Origin: Crocinitomicaceae bacterium
GTDB taxonomy: Bacteria > Bacteroidota > Bacteroidia > Flavobacteriales_D > Crocinitomicaceae
Length of the DNA: 46,493 nt
Direction of reading: 5' to 3'
NCBI GenBank assembly: GCA_024643585.1
Contig: JAHEMP010000001.1
Coordinates: forward strand, 1 to 46,493
Below are positions 27,939-37,293 of this stretch, piece by piece. A program made the translations under genes and the position numbers. Every line of letters starts with the position of its first letter. Within the stretch, counting starts at the first letter, position 1. The notes under the pieces were generated by a model that did no database searches, was not told where the DNA came from, and saw only the letters and a program-made list of their open reading frames with translations.

Positions 27939-28897
27939 TAAGAATAATGTAAATTATAAATCAAATGAAAGAAGATAGGTGCGGTAAAGGCAAGAGAATC
28001 AATTCGATCCAAAAGTCCTCCGTGACCAGGAATTAAGTTTCCAGTATCTTTTATTCCAATATCTCTTTTGATGGCAGAAACAGTGACATCTCCAATAAAT
28101 CCAGACCCAGCTATTAAAAGACCCGCCACCATGGATTCTACTCCACTCATTGGTGTTAAAAATCTAAGAAAATAAGCAACAAAAATAGTGGTTACCAACC
28201 CTCCAACGAAGCCTTCCCAAGTCTTATTGGGACTAACTTTAGGTAATATTTTATGTTTACCCAGTAATTTCCCCCAAATGAACTGAAGTACATCATTGAT
28301 TTCCGTTACAAAAACAATAAATAGAAGTAATCCTCTTCCACCTGCGTTGAATCCATCGATATCGGGTAAAGACAAAAAATACGCTAGATGAGATATTGCA
28401 AAAACCACTAACATTAGATGGGTTGGTATTACCGTCATTGATTGCGTAATCCCCTCTATTCTTCCCCTAAGCACTAAAATAAAAGGAATAAAAATGTGCA
28501 TTAACAAAGGAATAAAAATCAAGAACAAGTTATAATTACCTATGTAGGCAAAATAGTATTGTACTGGAATCGCCATATAGCCAAACATAACGACAGGAAT
28601 GTCTTGTTTTGGTAAATTTTTACTGATGGAACTTAATTCTCTTAATGCCGTGAACGAAAGCAGAGCGAATGCTGCAAAAGTTACAATTGGATGGATAACC
28701 GTAGCCAAAATAAAAATTGTTGCCATTGTCCACCATGATCTCGTTCTAGAAATCATCTCTTTGGGTTTGTTTTCTGGGTTTAACAGTGACCATATACCGA
28801 AAATTGCTGTGAACAGGATTAAAATCCCTAAAATCAAAACAATTACTTGAATGATCTCCTTATTTTGAAGGTATAAATCAGAACTAAGCATATTCAT
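27938..28897 (-). CDS. Phosphatidate cytidylyltransferase (CdsA family)
   Basis: The C-terminal signature SAIKRDIGIKDTGNLIPGHGGLLDRIDS matches the CDP-diglyceride synthase pattern. The protein is polytopic, 319 aa. Confidence 0.85.
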   Translation of the reverse strand: MNMLSSDLYLQNKEIIQVIVLILGILILFTAIFGIWSLLNPENKPKEMISRTRSWWTMATIFILATVIHPIVTFAAFALLSFTALRELSSISKNLPKQDIPVVMFGYMAIPVQYYFAYIGNYNLFLIFIPLLMHIFIPFILVLRGRIEGITQSMTVIPTHLMLVVFAISHLAYFLSLPDIDGFNAGGRGLLLFIVFVTEINDVLQFIWGKLLGKHKILPKVSPNKTWEGFVGGLVTTIFVAYFLRFLTPMSGVESMVAGLLIAGSGFIGDVTVSAIKRDIGIKDTGNLIPGHGGLLDRIDSLAFTAPIFFHLIYNLHYS

Positions 28898-29499
28898 ATT
28901 TTATCTGTTTTAATCGATTTAGCAATGCGAACAGTTGTACTCACTATTAATAATAAGCAAGCAGCAATAAATGCATAGTCAACATAATTTTTGAACGCAT
29001 TCCAAAAGAAGAGAATCAAGCAAATGAATGCAACAAATAAAGCTCTGTCGCTTTTACCCATTGGACCATCATATCTTCTGTCGCCTGAAATAGCTTTCGA
29101 TAAAACGCCAACAAATTCATTTATCATACTTAAAAGAACAAATAATAATATTATCAAATCATTCGTAAAATCCAGAAAGTAGAATGGGAAGTAAAGAAAA
29201 ATATCCGAAACTACATCTCCTAGTTCATTCAAAAGTTCTCCCTTGTCCGTTTGTAAATTATAAGCTTTTGCCATCATACCATCTAAGGCATTCAGAACCA
29301 TGCGAAGCAACAATACAAGAGGTATGACTAAAAAAATAATTCGAATTGGGAAAAAATAAAATAAAACTCCTGTTGAGGCTGAAAGAATTATTGCAAACAA
29401 TGTAATCGCATTAGGACTTACTCCCCTATTCCTTAAAGCGGAAATTAAGGGCGTCAGTAATTGCTGAAATTTGGGTTTAATTTTATAAGTTGAAATCAA
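28894..29499 (-). CDS. CDP-alcohol phosphatidyltransferase family protein (divergent signature)
   Basis: NALDGMMAKAYNLQTDKGELLNELGDVVSD aligns with DxxDGxxARx8GxxxDxxxD. The protein is polytopic, 201 aa, and its stop overlaps the next start (ATGA). Confidence 0.75.
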   Translation of the reverse strand: MISTYKIKPKFQQLLTPLISALRNRGVSPNAITLFAIILSASTGVLFYFFPIRIIFLVIPLVLLLRMVLNALDGMMAKAYNLQTDKGELLNELGDVVSDIFLYFPFYFLDFTNDLIILLFVLLSMINEFVGVLSKAISGDRRYDGPMGKSDRALFVAFICLILFFWNAFKNYVDYAFIAACLLLIVSTTVRIAKSIKTDKI

Positions 29500-29668
29500 A
29501 AGATAGTTTTTTGAGTTTAGTAAATATAAACAAATCGTCCTGTAAAATAAGGAATTGAAGCAATTGATCGTTATTACGTAAAATGAAACGAGTAATAAGA
29601 ATCAACAACCTTAACTGAATAACTTTAAAATGTTCAATTAAAATAATGGTAATTCATTTCATACTTTT

Positions 29669-29959
29669 ATGGCTATGAAACGGTTCTATCCATATTTAAA
29701 GAATAAATACATCTTCACAGGAATACTTTTTTTATTGTACGCCGTGTTTCTTGATGATATGGATATTTTTTCAATGATCCGTCAAACAAAAAAATTGAAT
29801 CAAATTGAAGCTTCTCGAGAGGAGGTCAAATTAAAACTTTCAGAAACTGAAATGAGTTTAAAGGATTTAAAAACCCTTTCTGGAAAAGAGCGCTATGCCC
29901 GAGAAAACAAGTTCTTCAAAAAAGACGACGAAGATATTTTTGTAATTACTTTCGAATGA
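29669..29959 (+). CDS. Septum formation initiator family protein (FtsB/DivIC-like)
   Basis: 96 aa with a single N-terminal TM helix and a coiled coil (IEASREEVKLKLSETEMSLKDLK), ending YARENKFFKKDDEDIFVI. Confidence 0.6.
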   Translation: MAMKRFYPYLKNKYIFTGILFLLYAVFLDDMDIFSMIRQTKKLNQIEASREEVKLKLSETEMSLKDLKTLSGKERYARENKFFKKDDEDIFVITFE

Positions 29960-29969
29960 TATCCTTTTA

Positions 29970-31151
29970 TCAAAATTCACTCAGATCAACCGCGGCTTGA
30001 TTGAAAAAGACGTCCGAGTTGATATTTTCAAAATAAATTCCAGGAAAATAGAACAATATTATCTGTTCATAGGTGTAATTGTATTTTGCCATTTTCATTG
30101 CTCCTTCTTGACAAAGCCCTACACCATGACCAAATCCTCTTCCATTTATGACGACGAAGTCACCTTCTGAATGACAACTGAAATATGTTGATTTAAGACG
30201 AAACTTCATACGAATATCTCTTAGTGGGATACCCAAAGCAGGAGAAACATAAAAAGCCAGTCGATCTTTCTGATTAAATTCATATATCTGAGGGCCAAAA
30301 ACAGCGTCGTCCACCGGATAGTTGTATTCACTTACCAAAAAATTTCGCCACTCTCCTTTTGGTATTTTTTTGGTCCAAGTTGCTTGTTTCGTATATATGC
30401 AAAAAGTATCCTTAAAAGTACTCAAGTAGGGAACGGAATTATTCCAAACATATTCAGGTAAACACGATTGGCCTCCGCAGTTGGCATGAAAATAGGCGTC
30501 CGCATACTTACCAGCTTTGTCGACCATAATGACTCCAGAAGTTGCTTGAACAGCAGTATCAATTTTTGGTGTAAATCGCATCATACTATGATAAGCCTGA
30601 CAGTGGACGTCATCGCATAATTCAAAACCTTCTTCCAAGTGTTTGCTTTTGTATTTGCGAGCATAGGTTCTACTCATTATAGCTTGTACCTCATAATACG
30701 CTAATTCTTTCTTTCCACCTCCTTCAGATTCGACGACGCCAGCCAGATAATTATCCATATCGACCAAATTGACAATCCTTAAATTTTCTGCGGTAGCTGT
30801 AATTTCAAAGTCATCTTTGTATTTGCGCAATTTAAGGACAGGACTTTTCGTGTTGAGCGCTATTGAGCTGTTGTGGTTATTTTGAATTAGAAATACCTTT
30901 TTAAATTCGCCTAACGAGGTAGCCCCCTTTTTCAAGTTTAAATTGCCGGAAGAATTAAAGGATATTTCGACGAATTCGTTGGGGAGAATAGAACCAAAAT
31001 GAATAGAATCACCATAAATTGAATAGGAGCCTTTATCGTACGCGAACAAGATTTTCTGAACGGAATACCTCCTCAGGACACCTATTCTCAATTGCTGAGC
31101 GCTAATGCTCTGCCATAAAAACAAGAAAAGAAATAGCAAAACTATTCTCAC
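29970..31151 (-). CDS. SpoIID/LytB domain protein
   Basis: Signal peptide. AIMSRTYA, CDDVHCQAYH, YFHANCGGQS and GHGVGLCQEGA are present. Confidence 0.8.
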   Translation of the reverse strand: MRIVLLFLFLFLWQSISAQQLRIGVLRRYSVQKILFAYDKGSYSIYGDSIHFGSILPNEFVEISFNSSGNLNLKKGATSLGEFKKVFLIQNNHNSSIALNTKSPVLKLRKYKDDFEITATAENLRIVNLVDMDNYLAGVVESEGGGKKELAYYEVQAIMSRTYARKYKSKHLEEGFELCDDVHCQAYHSMMRFTPKIDTAVQATSGVIMVDKAGKYADAYFHANCGGQSCLPEYVWNNSVPYLSTFKDTFCIYTKQATWTKKIPKGEWRNFLVSEYNYPVDDAVFGPQIYEFNQKDRLAFYVSPALGIPLRDIRMKFRLKSTYFSCHSEGDFVVINGRGFGHGVGLCQEGAMKMAKYNYTYEQIILFYFPGIYFENINSDVFFNQAAVDLSEF

Positions 31152-31182
31152 TACAATATATTTCGTTTACATTAACTCCTGA

Positions 31183-32307
31183 CTAAAGTGATGAGAGTAT
31201 TGCTTCAGCCACTTTACGACTGGCCCCTCCTCCACCTAATTTGGAGATTAGTTCCTTGTATTTCAACGAGATTCTATTTCTTTTGTTACCATTTGGTAAA
31301 ATTTCTTTCAGTTCCTTTAATATAAGTGTCGCATTGCACTCATTTTGAATAAGTTCCTTAACAACTTCCTCGTCCATAATCAAATTAACCAAAGAAATAA
31401 ATTTGATTTTGATCAAACGTTTTGCGATTTGATAAGAAATAGAATTCGCCTTGTAGCAAACTACTTGTGGAACCTCCAACAAAGCAGTCTCCAGCGTCGC
31501 TGTTCCAGAGGTTACCAAGGCAGAAACAGCTTGATTTAAAAGATTATATGTTTGACCAAAGACTATATTTGTGTCCTCGAATCGGTCACAAATTGGTCTA
31601 TAAAATTCTTTGTCCAAGGAAGGTGCTCCTGCAATAATAAATTGATATTCCGGGAAATTTTTACACGCATCCAACATCAACGGTAGTTTAACCTTTATTT
31701 CTTGCTTCCTACTCCCAGGCAATATGGCAATTATAGGTTTTTCTGGCAATTTGTTTTCCAAAAGAAAAGCTTCTCTTGTCAAGGCCCTACTTTTGAATTT
31801 TTCAATCTCATCCAATAGAGGATGTCCTAAATATTTGACATCGAACTTGTGCTTTTTGTAAAAATCTTTTTCAAAAGGTAAAATGACAAACATTTCATTC
31901 ACACACGCCTTTATTTTATGAACCCGATTTTCTTTCCAAGCCCAAACTTGGGGCGAAACATAATAATAGACTTTAATATTCTTTTTTTTTGCCCATTGTG
32001 CAATTCTTAAATTAAAACCAGGATAATCGATTAAAACGAGCGCATCTGGTTTAAACTTTACTATATCCTCCTTACAGAATCTAAGATTTGCCGCAATTGT
32101 TCTCAAATTGGTTATGACTTCCCAAAAACCCATAAAGGCGAGATCTTTTATATGCTTTGCGGGTTCACCGGCCAAAGCCGACATTCTATCTCCACCCCAA
32201 AATCTGACCTTCAGTTCGGGAGATTGATTAAATAATTCTTCCAACAAATTGCTTCCGTGTAAATCTCCAGAGGCTTCACCCGCTATTATGTATAACTTTT
32301 TTGACAT
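31183..32307 (-). CDS. lpxB: Lipid-A-disaccharide synthase
   Basis: YIIAGEASGDLHGSNL N-terminus and the GSRKQE and SGTATLE motifs. Length is 374 aa. Confidence 0.9.
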   Translation of the reverse strand: MSKKLYIIAGEASGDLHGSNLLEELFNQSPELKVRFWGGDRMSALAGEPAKHIKDLAFMGFWEVITNLRTIAANLRFCKEDIVKFKPDALVLIDYPGFNLRIAQWAKKKNIKVYYYVSPQVWAWKENRVHKIKACVNEMFVILPFEKDFYKKHKFDVKYLGHPLLDEIEKFKSRALTREAFLLENKLPEKPIIAILPGSRKQEIKVKLPLMLDACKNFPEYQFIIAGAPSLDKEFYRPICDRFEDTNIVFGQTYNLLNQAVSALVTSGTATLETALLEVPQVVCYKANSISYQIAKRLIKIKFISLVNLIMDEEVVKELIQNECNATLILKELKEILPNGNKRNRISLKYKELISKLGGGGASRKVAEAILSSL

Positions 32308-32313
32308 TAATTT

Positions 32314-32628
32314 CTAAAAGAATAAAAAATAAACGACAGCGGGCAAGTAAAGAATGGTGCCGACAATAATTCCTGAAGCAAAATGGTATTTTTCTTTGTT
32401 CAAAAACAAGTAAAACATTCCCAAATTAGAGAGAATAGCCAATGTCATTAGTTTACTCATTACTCCGTTGTTGTTCATGAACTTATACCATAATTGCTGG
32501 AAATAAAAATTCTGAAAATAAGCCACGAGTGCAATTATTATGGGTAAGAAAACAATTGGCAAAAACAATCCGACAAGCAAACCTAAGGTGTGATTTTTAT
32601 TCCAATTTCGAAAATTCATAAATTCCAT
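32314..32628 (-). CDS. Small hypothetical 3-TM membrane protein between surE and lpxB
   Basis: Three hydrophobic helices. The alternative ATG at 32619 forms an ATGA overlap with the surE stop. Confidence 0.5.
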   Translation of the reverse strand: MEFMNFRNWNKNHTLGLLVGLFLPIVFLPIIIALVAYFQNFYFQQLWYKFMNNNGVMSKLMTLAILSNLGMFYLFLNKEKYHFASGIIVGTILYLPAVVYFLFF

Positions 32629-33380
32629 TTTTTAAGTGTTTCCATTGCTGAATAAGCAGTTAAATCAAAATGAGTAGGAACAACGCTGACATAGCCATTA
32701 TCCATGGCATGCAAATCAGAGTCTTCGTCGTTCGACTGACACTCAAAATCCCCAGTTAACCAATAATATGGTCTTCCAAATTGATCGTCCCTTTTATCAA
32801 ATCTATCTTCCCAAAATGCATGAGCTTGTTTGCATATTTTTATTCCTTTTATGTTTTCAATCGATCCTTTGGGAATGTTAACATTAAGACAAACATGGTC
32901 GGGAAGTTTTTTGGACAATACTTCTTTAATTATTTTTTTGGCTACGACAATTGTGGCTGAAAAATCAGCTTCAGAATCAAAATCTTTTAAGGAAAACCCA
33001 ACAGACGGTATATTCTCCATTGCTCCTTCCACAGCAGCAGACATGGTTCCAGAGTACAGAACATTCGAGGAGGTATTTTCACCGTGATTGATGCCACTTA
33101 ACAAAATGTCAGGTTTCCTATGCATAACCTCGTAAATACCCAACTTAACGCAATCTACAGGCGTTCCTGAGCAGGAAAAGGCTTTGTGATTAGGGAAAAC
33201 AATGGAAGGATGTAAACGTAAAGGATTTGAAATAGTGATGGCATGTCCCATTGCTGATTGCGGTTTATCTGGGGCAATTATTACCACTTCGCCAAATTCT
33301 TCAGCGGCTTCAACCAAAGACCTCAAACCTTTTGAGGTAATTCCATCGTCGTTTGTTATAAAAATTAAGGGTTTGTTCAC
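32616..33380 (-). CDS. surE: 5'/3'-nucleotidase SurE
   Basis: ITNDDGITSKG, GINHGENTS and YSGTMSAA. Length is 254 aa. Confidence 0.92.
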   Translation of the reverse strand: MNKPLIFITNDDGITSKGLRSLVEAAEEFGEVVIIAPDKPQSAMGHAITISNPLRLHPSIVFPNHKAFSCSGTPVDCVKLGIYEVMHRKPDILLSGINHGENTSSNVLYSGTMSAAVEGAMENIPSVGFSLKDFDSEADFSATIVVAKKIIKEVLSKKLPDHVCLNVNIPKGSIENIKGIKICKQAHAFWEDRFDKRDDQFGRPYYWLTGDFECQSNDEDSDLHAMDNGYVSVVPTHFDLTAYSAMETLKKWNL

Positions 33381-33505
33381 TTTTATTAATTGAGATTTTC
33401 AATTGAATAACGAAAGTAAAGATTATTCGTCACATGGTCTTTGAAATGTTGACAAATCCGTTAATAATCTATTCGTTTTTTCCTGACATTCCCCTAAAAA
33501 GGTCG

Positions 33506-33513
33506 TATTTTTG
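33506..33513 (+). promoter_or_regulatory. Candidate -7 box (TATTTTTG) upstream of the DinB-family gene
   Basis: Exact TAnnTTTG match with no convincing -33 element. Its position argues against the GTG at 33516 as the start codon. Confidence 0.3.
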
Positions 33514-33530
33514 AAGTGAACAAAACGCAT

Positions 33531-34109
33531 ATGACTGGCGAAGAAATAATAAACGATTTAATAAATTTGACCTCGGAAAATGTTTCGGTGGTTGAAAAGA
33601 AATTAAAACACCTATCTGACGAGCAGTTGAATTGGAAATCAGCCCCTGACAGTTGGTCCTTAAATGAAATTTTTGCTCACCTTAATGAATATGCTAAATT
33701 CTACCATTCTGCGTTTTCATCAAAAATATCAAGAACAAAGTTCAGAAAACCTACGGAAAATTTCGTCTCCTCTCCTCTCGGTAGGGCTGCTTGGCGGAGT
33801 ATGAAACTCGGAAACGCCAAGAACATCAAACGCAAATTCAGGGCAATAAGCACTTACAATCCTTCTGTAAACACAAATTTGGTAAAAGGAAGAGATTGGC
33901 TTTCGTTCATTGACGCTCAAAAGGAATTAATCAAAATTCTAGAATCGGCAAAAAGTATTAATATTCGTAAGGCAAAAGCTCCAATTTCGTTGTCCAAAAT
34001 CATCAAGTTTAGAATGGGTGATGCGTTTTATTTTGTTATATACCATAACGAGCGACATATTCAACAGGCTTTGAATGTCTTAAATCACCCAAAATTTCCA
34101 AAAAAATAA
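33531..34109 (+). CDS. DinB-family (four-helix-bundle metal-binding) protein
   Basis: SLNEIFAHL, and YHNERHIQQA at the C-terminus. I chose the ATG at 33531 because of the -7 box; the ORF track starts at the GTG at 33516. Confidence 0.65.
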   Translation: MTGEEIINDLINLTSENVSVVEKKLKHLSDEQLNWKSAPDSWSLNEIFAHLNEYAKFYHSAFSSKISRTKFRKPTENFVSSPLGRAAWRSMKLGNAKNIKRKFRAISTYNPSVNTNLVKGRDWLSFIDAQKELIKILESAKSINIRKAKAPISLSKIIKFRMGDAFYFVIYHNERHIQQALNVLNHPKFPKK

Positions 34110-34861
34110 TGTCTGACCAATTTGCTTTTTGTTCCGTTAGCATTTCTCCACTGAGAGCGAATGCTTCAGATAGCAGTGAAATGGTCAGTCAATTGCTCTT
34201 TGGTGAATTACTAACCGTGCTAGAAGTTGACAAACAATGGCGCAAAGTTCGATCAGAAATCGATCAATATATTGGATGGTTAGATGAAAAATGTATTCAT
34301 TTCATTTCAGACAACGAAAAAAACAAGTGGGAAAAGGAGCGAATGCCTCTGTTCAATTCTACGGCTTATTTGAACTCGGTAGAAGGACAAATTCTTTTGA
34401 CTAAAGGAGCATACATTGGTTCAGATGCAACATTTTCAATCGGAAAATTGGACTACCAACTGAACTCGTTAAAAATAGAACCTTCCACAGAAATTTCTGA
34501 AATTGCCAATTCCTATTTAAATTCTCCCTATTTATGGGGAGGTAAAACACTATTTGGCATAGACTGTTCGGGCTTTACTCAAATGGTATTTCGCTTTTTG
34601 GGTGTCTATATAAAAAGAGACGCTTCGCAACAGGTAAATCATGGAGAATCCGTTCCTATTAAAGATCGAAAAGAGGGAGATTTGGCTTTTTTCATTAATG
34701 ATAAAGGCAAAATACATCATGTCGGCATAGTGTTGAATGATAACAAAATAATTCATGCTCATGGCTGGTTGCGCATTGATGATTTAACGGATGAAGGAAT
34801 TATAAGTAGAAACGGCGTTGGTTTCAGTCACAAATTGAATGACATAAAAAGACTATATTGA
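34109..34861 (+). CDS. C40 (NlpC/P60) family peptidase with an N-terminal SH3-like domain
   Basis: Catalytic GIDCSGFTQMVF, HHVGIV and IIHAHG. The start overlaps the upstream stop (TAATG). Confidence 0.85.
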   Translation: MSDQFAFCSVSISPLRANASDSSEMVSQLLFGELLTVLEVDKQWRKVRSEIDQYIGWLDEKCIHFISDNEKNKWEKERMPLFNSTAYLNSVEGQILLTKGAYIGSDATFSIGKLDYQLNSLKIEPSTEISEIANSYLNSPYLWGGKTLFGIDCSGFTQMVFRFLGVYIKRDASQQVNHGESVPIKDRKEGDLAFFINDKGKIHHVGIVLNDNKIIHAHGWLRIDDLTDEGIISRNGVGFSHKLNDIKRLY

Positions 34862-34915
34862 TAGCTAGAAATGGGCTATAAAGCTTAAAGAAATTATATT
34901 TGTAAAAAAGGAATT

Positions 34916-35848
34916 ATGAAAATACTCATAACAGGGGGAGCTGGATTCATTGGGAGTCATTTGACAGATCGATTGGTTCAGGATGGGCATGAGGTCATTG
35001 TTCTTGATTCCCTTTTGAGGGGTAATAAACTTGCAAAAAATACTTTTGATAAAATTGAATTTATCAAAGGTGATGTTAGAGATTTAGATCTTGTTGTAAA
35101 GGCAACGAAGAATTGTGATATAATAATCCATATGGCAGCTGTATTGGGTGTGGATATTGTGGCCGACAATCCTGTGGAAACTATGGATGTTGAAATAATT
35201 GGTACGCGAAACATTGTTACAGCGGCAGAAATGAACAATGTGAAAAAAGTCATGTATGCTAGCACTTCGGGAATTTATGGTCATTCAAGCTTTGAAAAGT
35301 CTTTGTCCGAGGAGGTTTTAGTGGATCCTAGAACAAGTTATGCTATGGCGAAGCGTTATAATGAAATTTATTTGGCATCGCACCATCAAGAAAAAGGGTT
35401 AAACACTACTTCCCTTCGCTTTTTCAATGTTTATGGAACTCGTCAAGACAATAGAATGGTTGTTCCTATTTTCTTTGAACAAGCATTAGGAAATGCGCCT
35501 ATTTCTGTTTTTGGAACGGGTGAACAAACCAGAGATTTTACTTACATTGATGATACGATTGAAGCCGTTGTTCGTTGTATGAAATTGGACGGATGTAACA
35601 TAATAAACATTGCCAACGAGGAAGAATACAACATTAAGCATGTTGCTGAAATGATAAAACAAATTACAAAATCTAAGTCTGAAATAACATTTATTGAGGC
35701 TCCGAAAAAGCGTTATGATTATGAGGTGGGCAGACGAATTGGAAGTTCAAGTAAACTTGAAAAACTGACTGGTTACAAACCCACTACTAAATTGATTGAC
35801 GGATTGAACAGTATATTAGAAATTCAATACAATTACAAAAACATATAG
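34916..35848 (+). CDS. NAD-dependent epimerase/dehydratase (extended SDR)
   Basis: [10 protein letters not shown] Rossmann motif and YAMAKRYNE (YxxxK). Length is 310 aa. Substrate not assignable. Confidence 0.8.
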   Translation: MKILITGGAGFIGSHLTDRLVQDGHEVIVLDSLLRGNKLAKNTFDKIEFIKGDVRDLDLVVKATKNCDIIIHMAAVLGVDIVADNPVETMDVEIIGTRNIVTAAEMNNVKKVMYASTSGIYGHSSFEKSLSEEVLVDPRTSYAMAKRYNEIYLASHHQEKGLNTTSLRFFNVYGTRQDNRMVVPIFFEQALGNAPISVFGTGEQTRDFTYIDDTIEAVVRCMKLDGCNIINIANEEEYNIKHVAEMIKQITKSKSEITFIEAPKKRYDYEVGRRIGSSSKLEKLTGYKPTTKLIDGLNSILEIQYNYKNI

Positions 35849-35859
35849 CATTGACAATT

Positions 35860-37134
35860 ATGAACAGAGATAAAGAAATTTTTGAGTTAATTCAAGAAGA
35901 AAAACATAGACAGTTAAATGGCATTGAGTTAATTGCTTCTGAAAATTTTGTGAGCGAACAAGTGATGGAAGCTATGGGGAGCGTATTGACAAATAAATAT
36001 GCAGAAGGTCTTCCTGGTAAAAGATATTACGGTGGTTGCGAAGTAGTTGATAAAGTTGAACAATTAGCTATAGATCGTCTTTGTAAACTTTTTGATGCAA
36101 CTTGGGCAAATGTTCAACCTCATTCTGGGGCACAAGCAAATGCTGCAGTATTTCTTGCCTGCTTAAACCCTGGTGACAAAATACTAGGCTTTGACCTTTC
36201 CCATGGTGGACATTTGACCCATGGATCAACCGTGAATTTCTCAGGAAAACTATATGAACCTCATTTTTATGGTGTTAGCAAGGAAACTGGATATGTTGAC
36301 TATGACCAAATGGAGAGTCAGGCTAAATTGGTGAAGCCGAAAATGATTATCTGTGGCGCATCGGCCTATAGTCGAGATTGGGATTATGAGAGAATTCGAA
36401 AGATTGCAGATTCAGTTGGAGCCCTAGTTTTAGCGGACATTTCACATCCGGCTGGTTTAATCGCAGCAGGAATACTAAAGGATCCCCTCGAACATTGTCA
36501 TATTGTTACTTCCACTACACACAAAACGTTACGTGGACCTAGAGGAGGAATTATTATGATGCGTCATAATTTCGAAAATCCGTTTGGATTAAAATGGAAC
36601 AATGGAAACTTGAAATCAATGGGAGCGCTTTTGGATGCCGCGGTATTTCCTGGAACGCAAGGAGGTCCACTAGAACATGTTATCGCCGCTAAGGCTGTAG
36701 CTTTTGGTGAAGCACTTTCATCAGAATACAAAGACTACATGAAACGAGTAGTTAAAAATGCAGCTGTAATGGCTGACGAATTCGTTAAACGAGGTTATGG
36801 AGTTGTTTCCAAAGGGACAGACAATCATTCCATGTTAATTGACTTACGTTCAAAAAATGTAACAGGAAAAGATGCTGAAAATAGATTGGTATTAGCCGAT
36901 ATTACCGTGAATAAAAACATGGTTCCTTTTGATACAGAGTCACCATTTGTAACATCGGGTATTCGAGTTGGAACTCCAGCTTTAACAACAAGGGGTGTCG
37001 AATCGAATGAAATTCCAAAAATAGTGGAGTTAATTGATCGAGTGTTATCTGATATTAATAACGATTCTGTTATTGCTGAAGTGAAAAAAGAAGTAAACCA
37101 GTTAATGTCTGGCCGACCTTTGTTTAAAGGTTAA
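35860..37134 (+). CDS. glyA: Serine hydroxymethyltransferase
   Basis: SHGGHLTHG and [14 protein letters not shown] (PLP lysine). I prefer the ATG at 35860 to the TTG at 35851. Confidence 0.95.
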   Translation: MNRDKEIFELIQEEKHRQLNGIELIASENFVSEQVMEAMGSVLTNKYAEGLPGKRYYGGCEVVDKVEQLAIDRLCKLFDATWANVQPHSGAQANAAVFLACLNPGDKILGFDLSHGGHLTHGSTVNFSGKLYEPHFYGVSKETGYVDYDQMESQAKLVKPKMIICGASAYSRDWDYERIRKIADSVGALVLADISHPAGLIAAGILKDPLEHCHIVTSTTHKTLRGPRGGIIMMRHNFENPFGLKWNNGNLKSMGALLDAAVFPGTQGGPLEHVIAAKAVAFGEALSSEYKDYMKRVVKNAAVMADEFVKRGYGVVSKGTDNHSMLIDLRSKNVTGKDAENRLVLADITVNKNMVPFDTESPFVTSGIRVGTPALTTRGVESNEIPKIVELIDRVLSDINNDSVIAEVKKEVNQLMSGRPLFKG

Positions 37135-37293
37135 AATAACGGCAAAGACTTTATACCGCTCACCTTCGAATACCCCGTTCCCTCTAAGAAATTATAATTT
37201 CTACAAACCAAAGAGAGGTCAAAATAGAAGGTGGATAGATATTGTTTGGATAATCTCTGGATAATTGAGAAGTGAAATTTTTATTTAAAAATT

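Noticed and set aside
29970-31151. A SpoIID homologue as a hint of sporulation genes
   Set aside because: SpoIID/LytB-domain peptidoglycan-remodelling proteins are widespread in non-sporulating Gram-negative bacteria. Here it sits in a cell-envelope operon with lpxB and surE.
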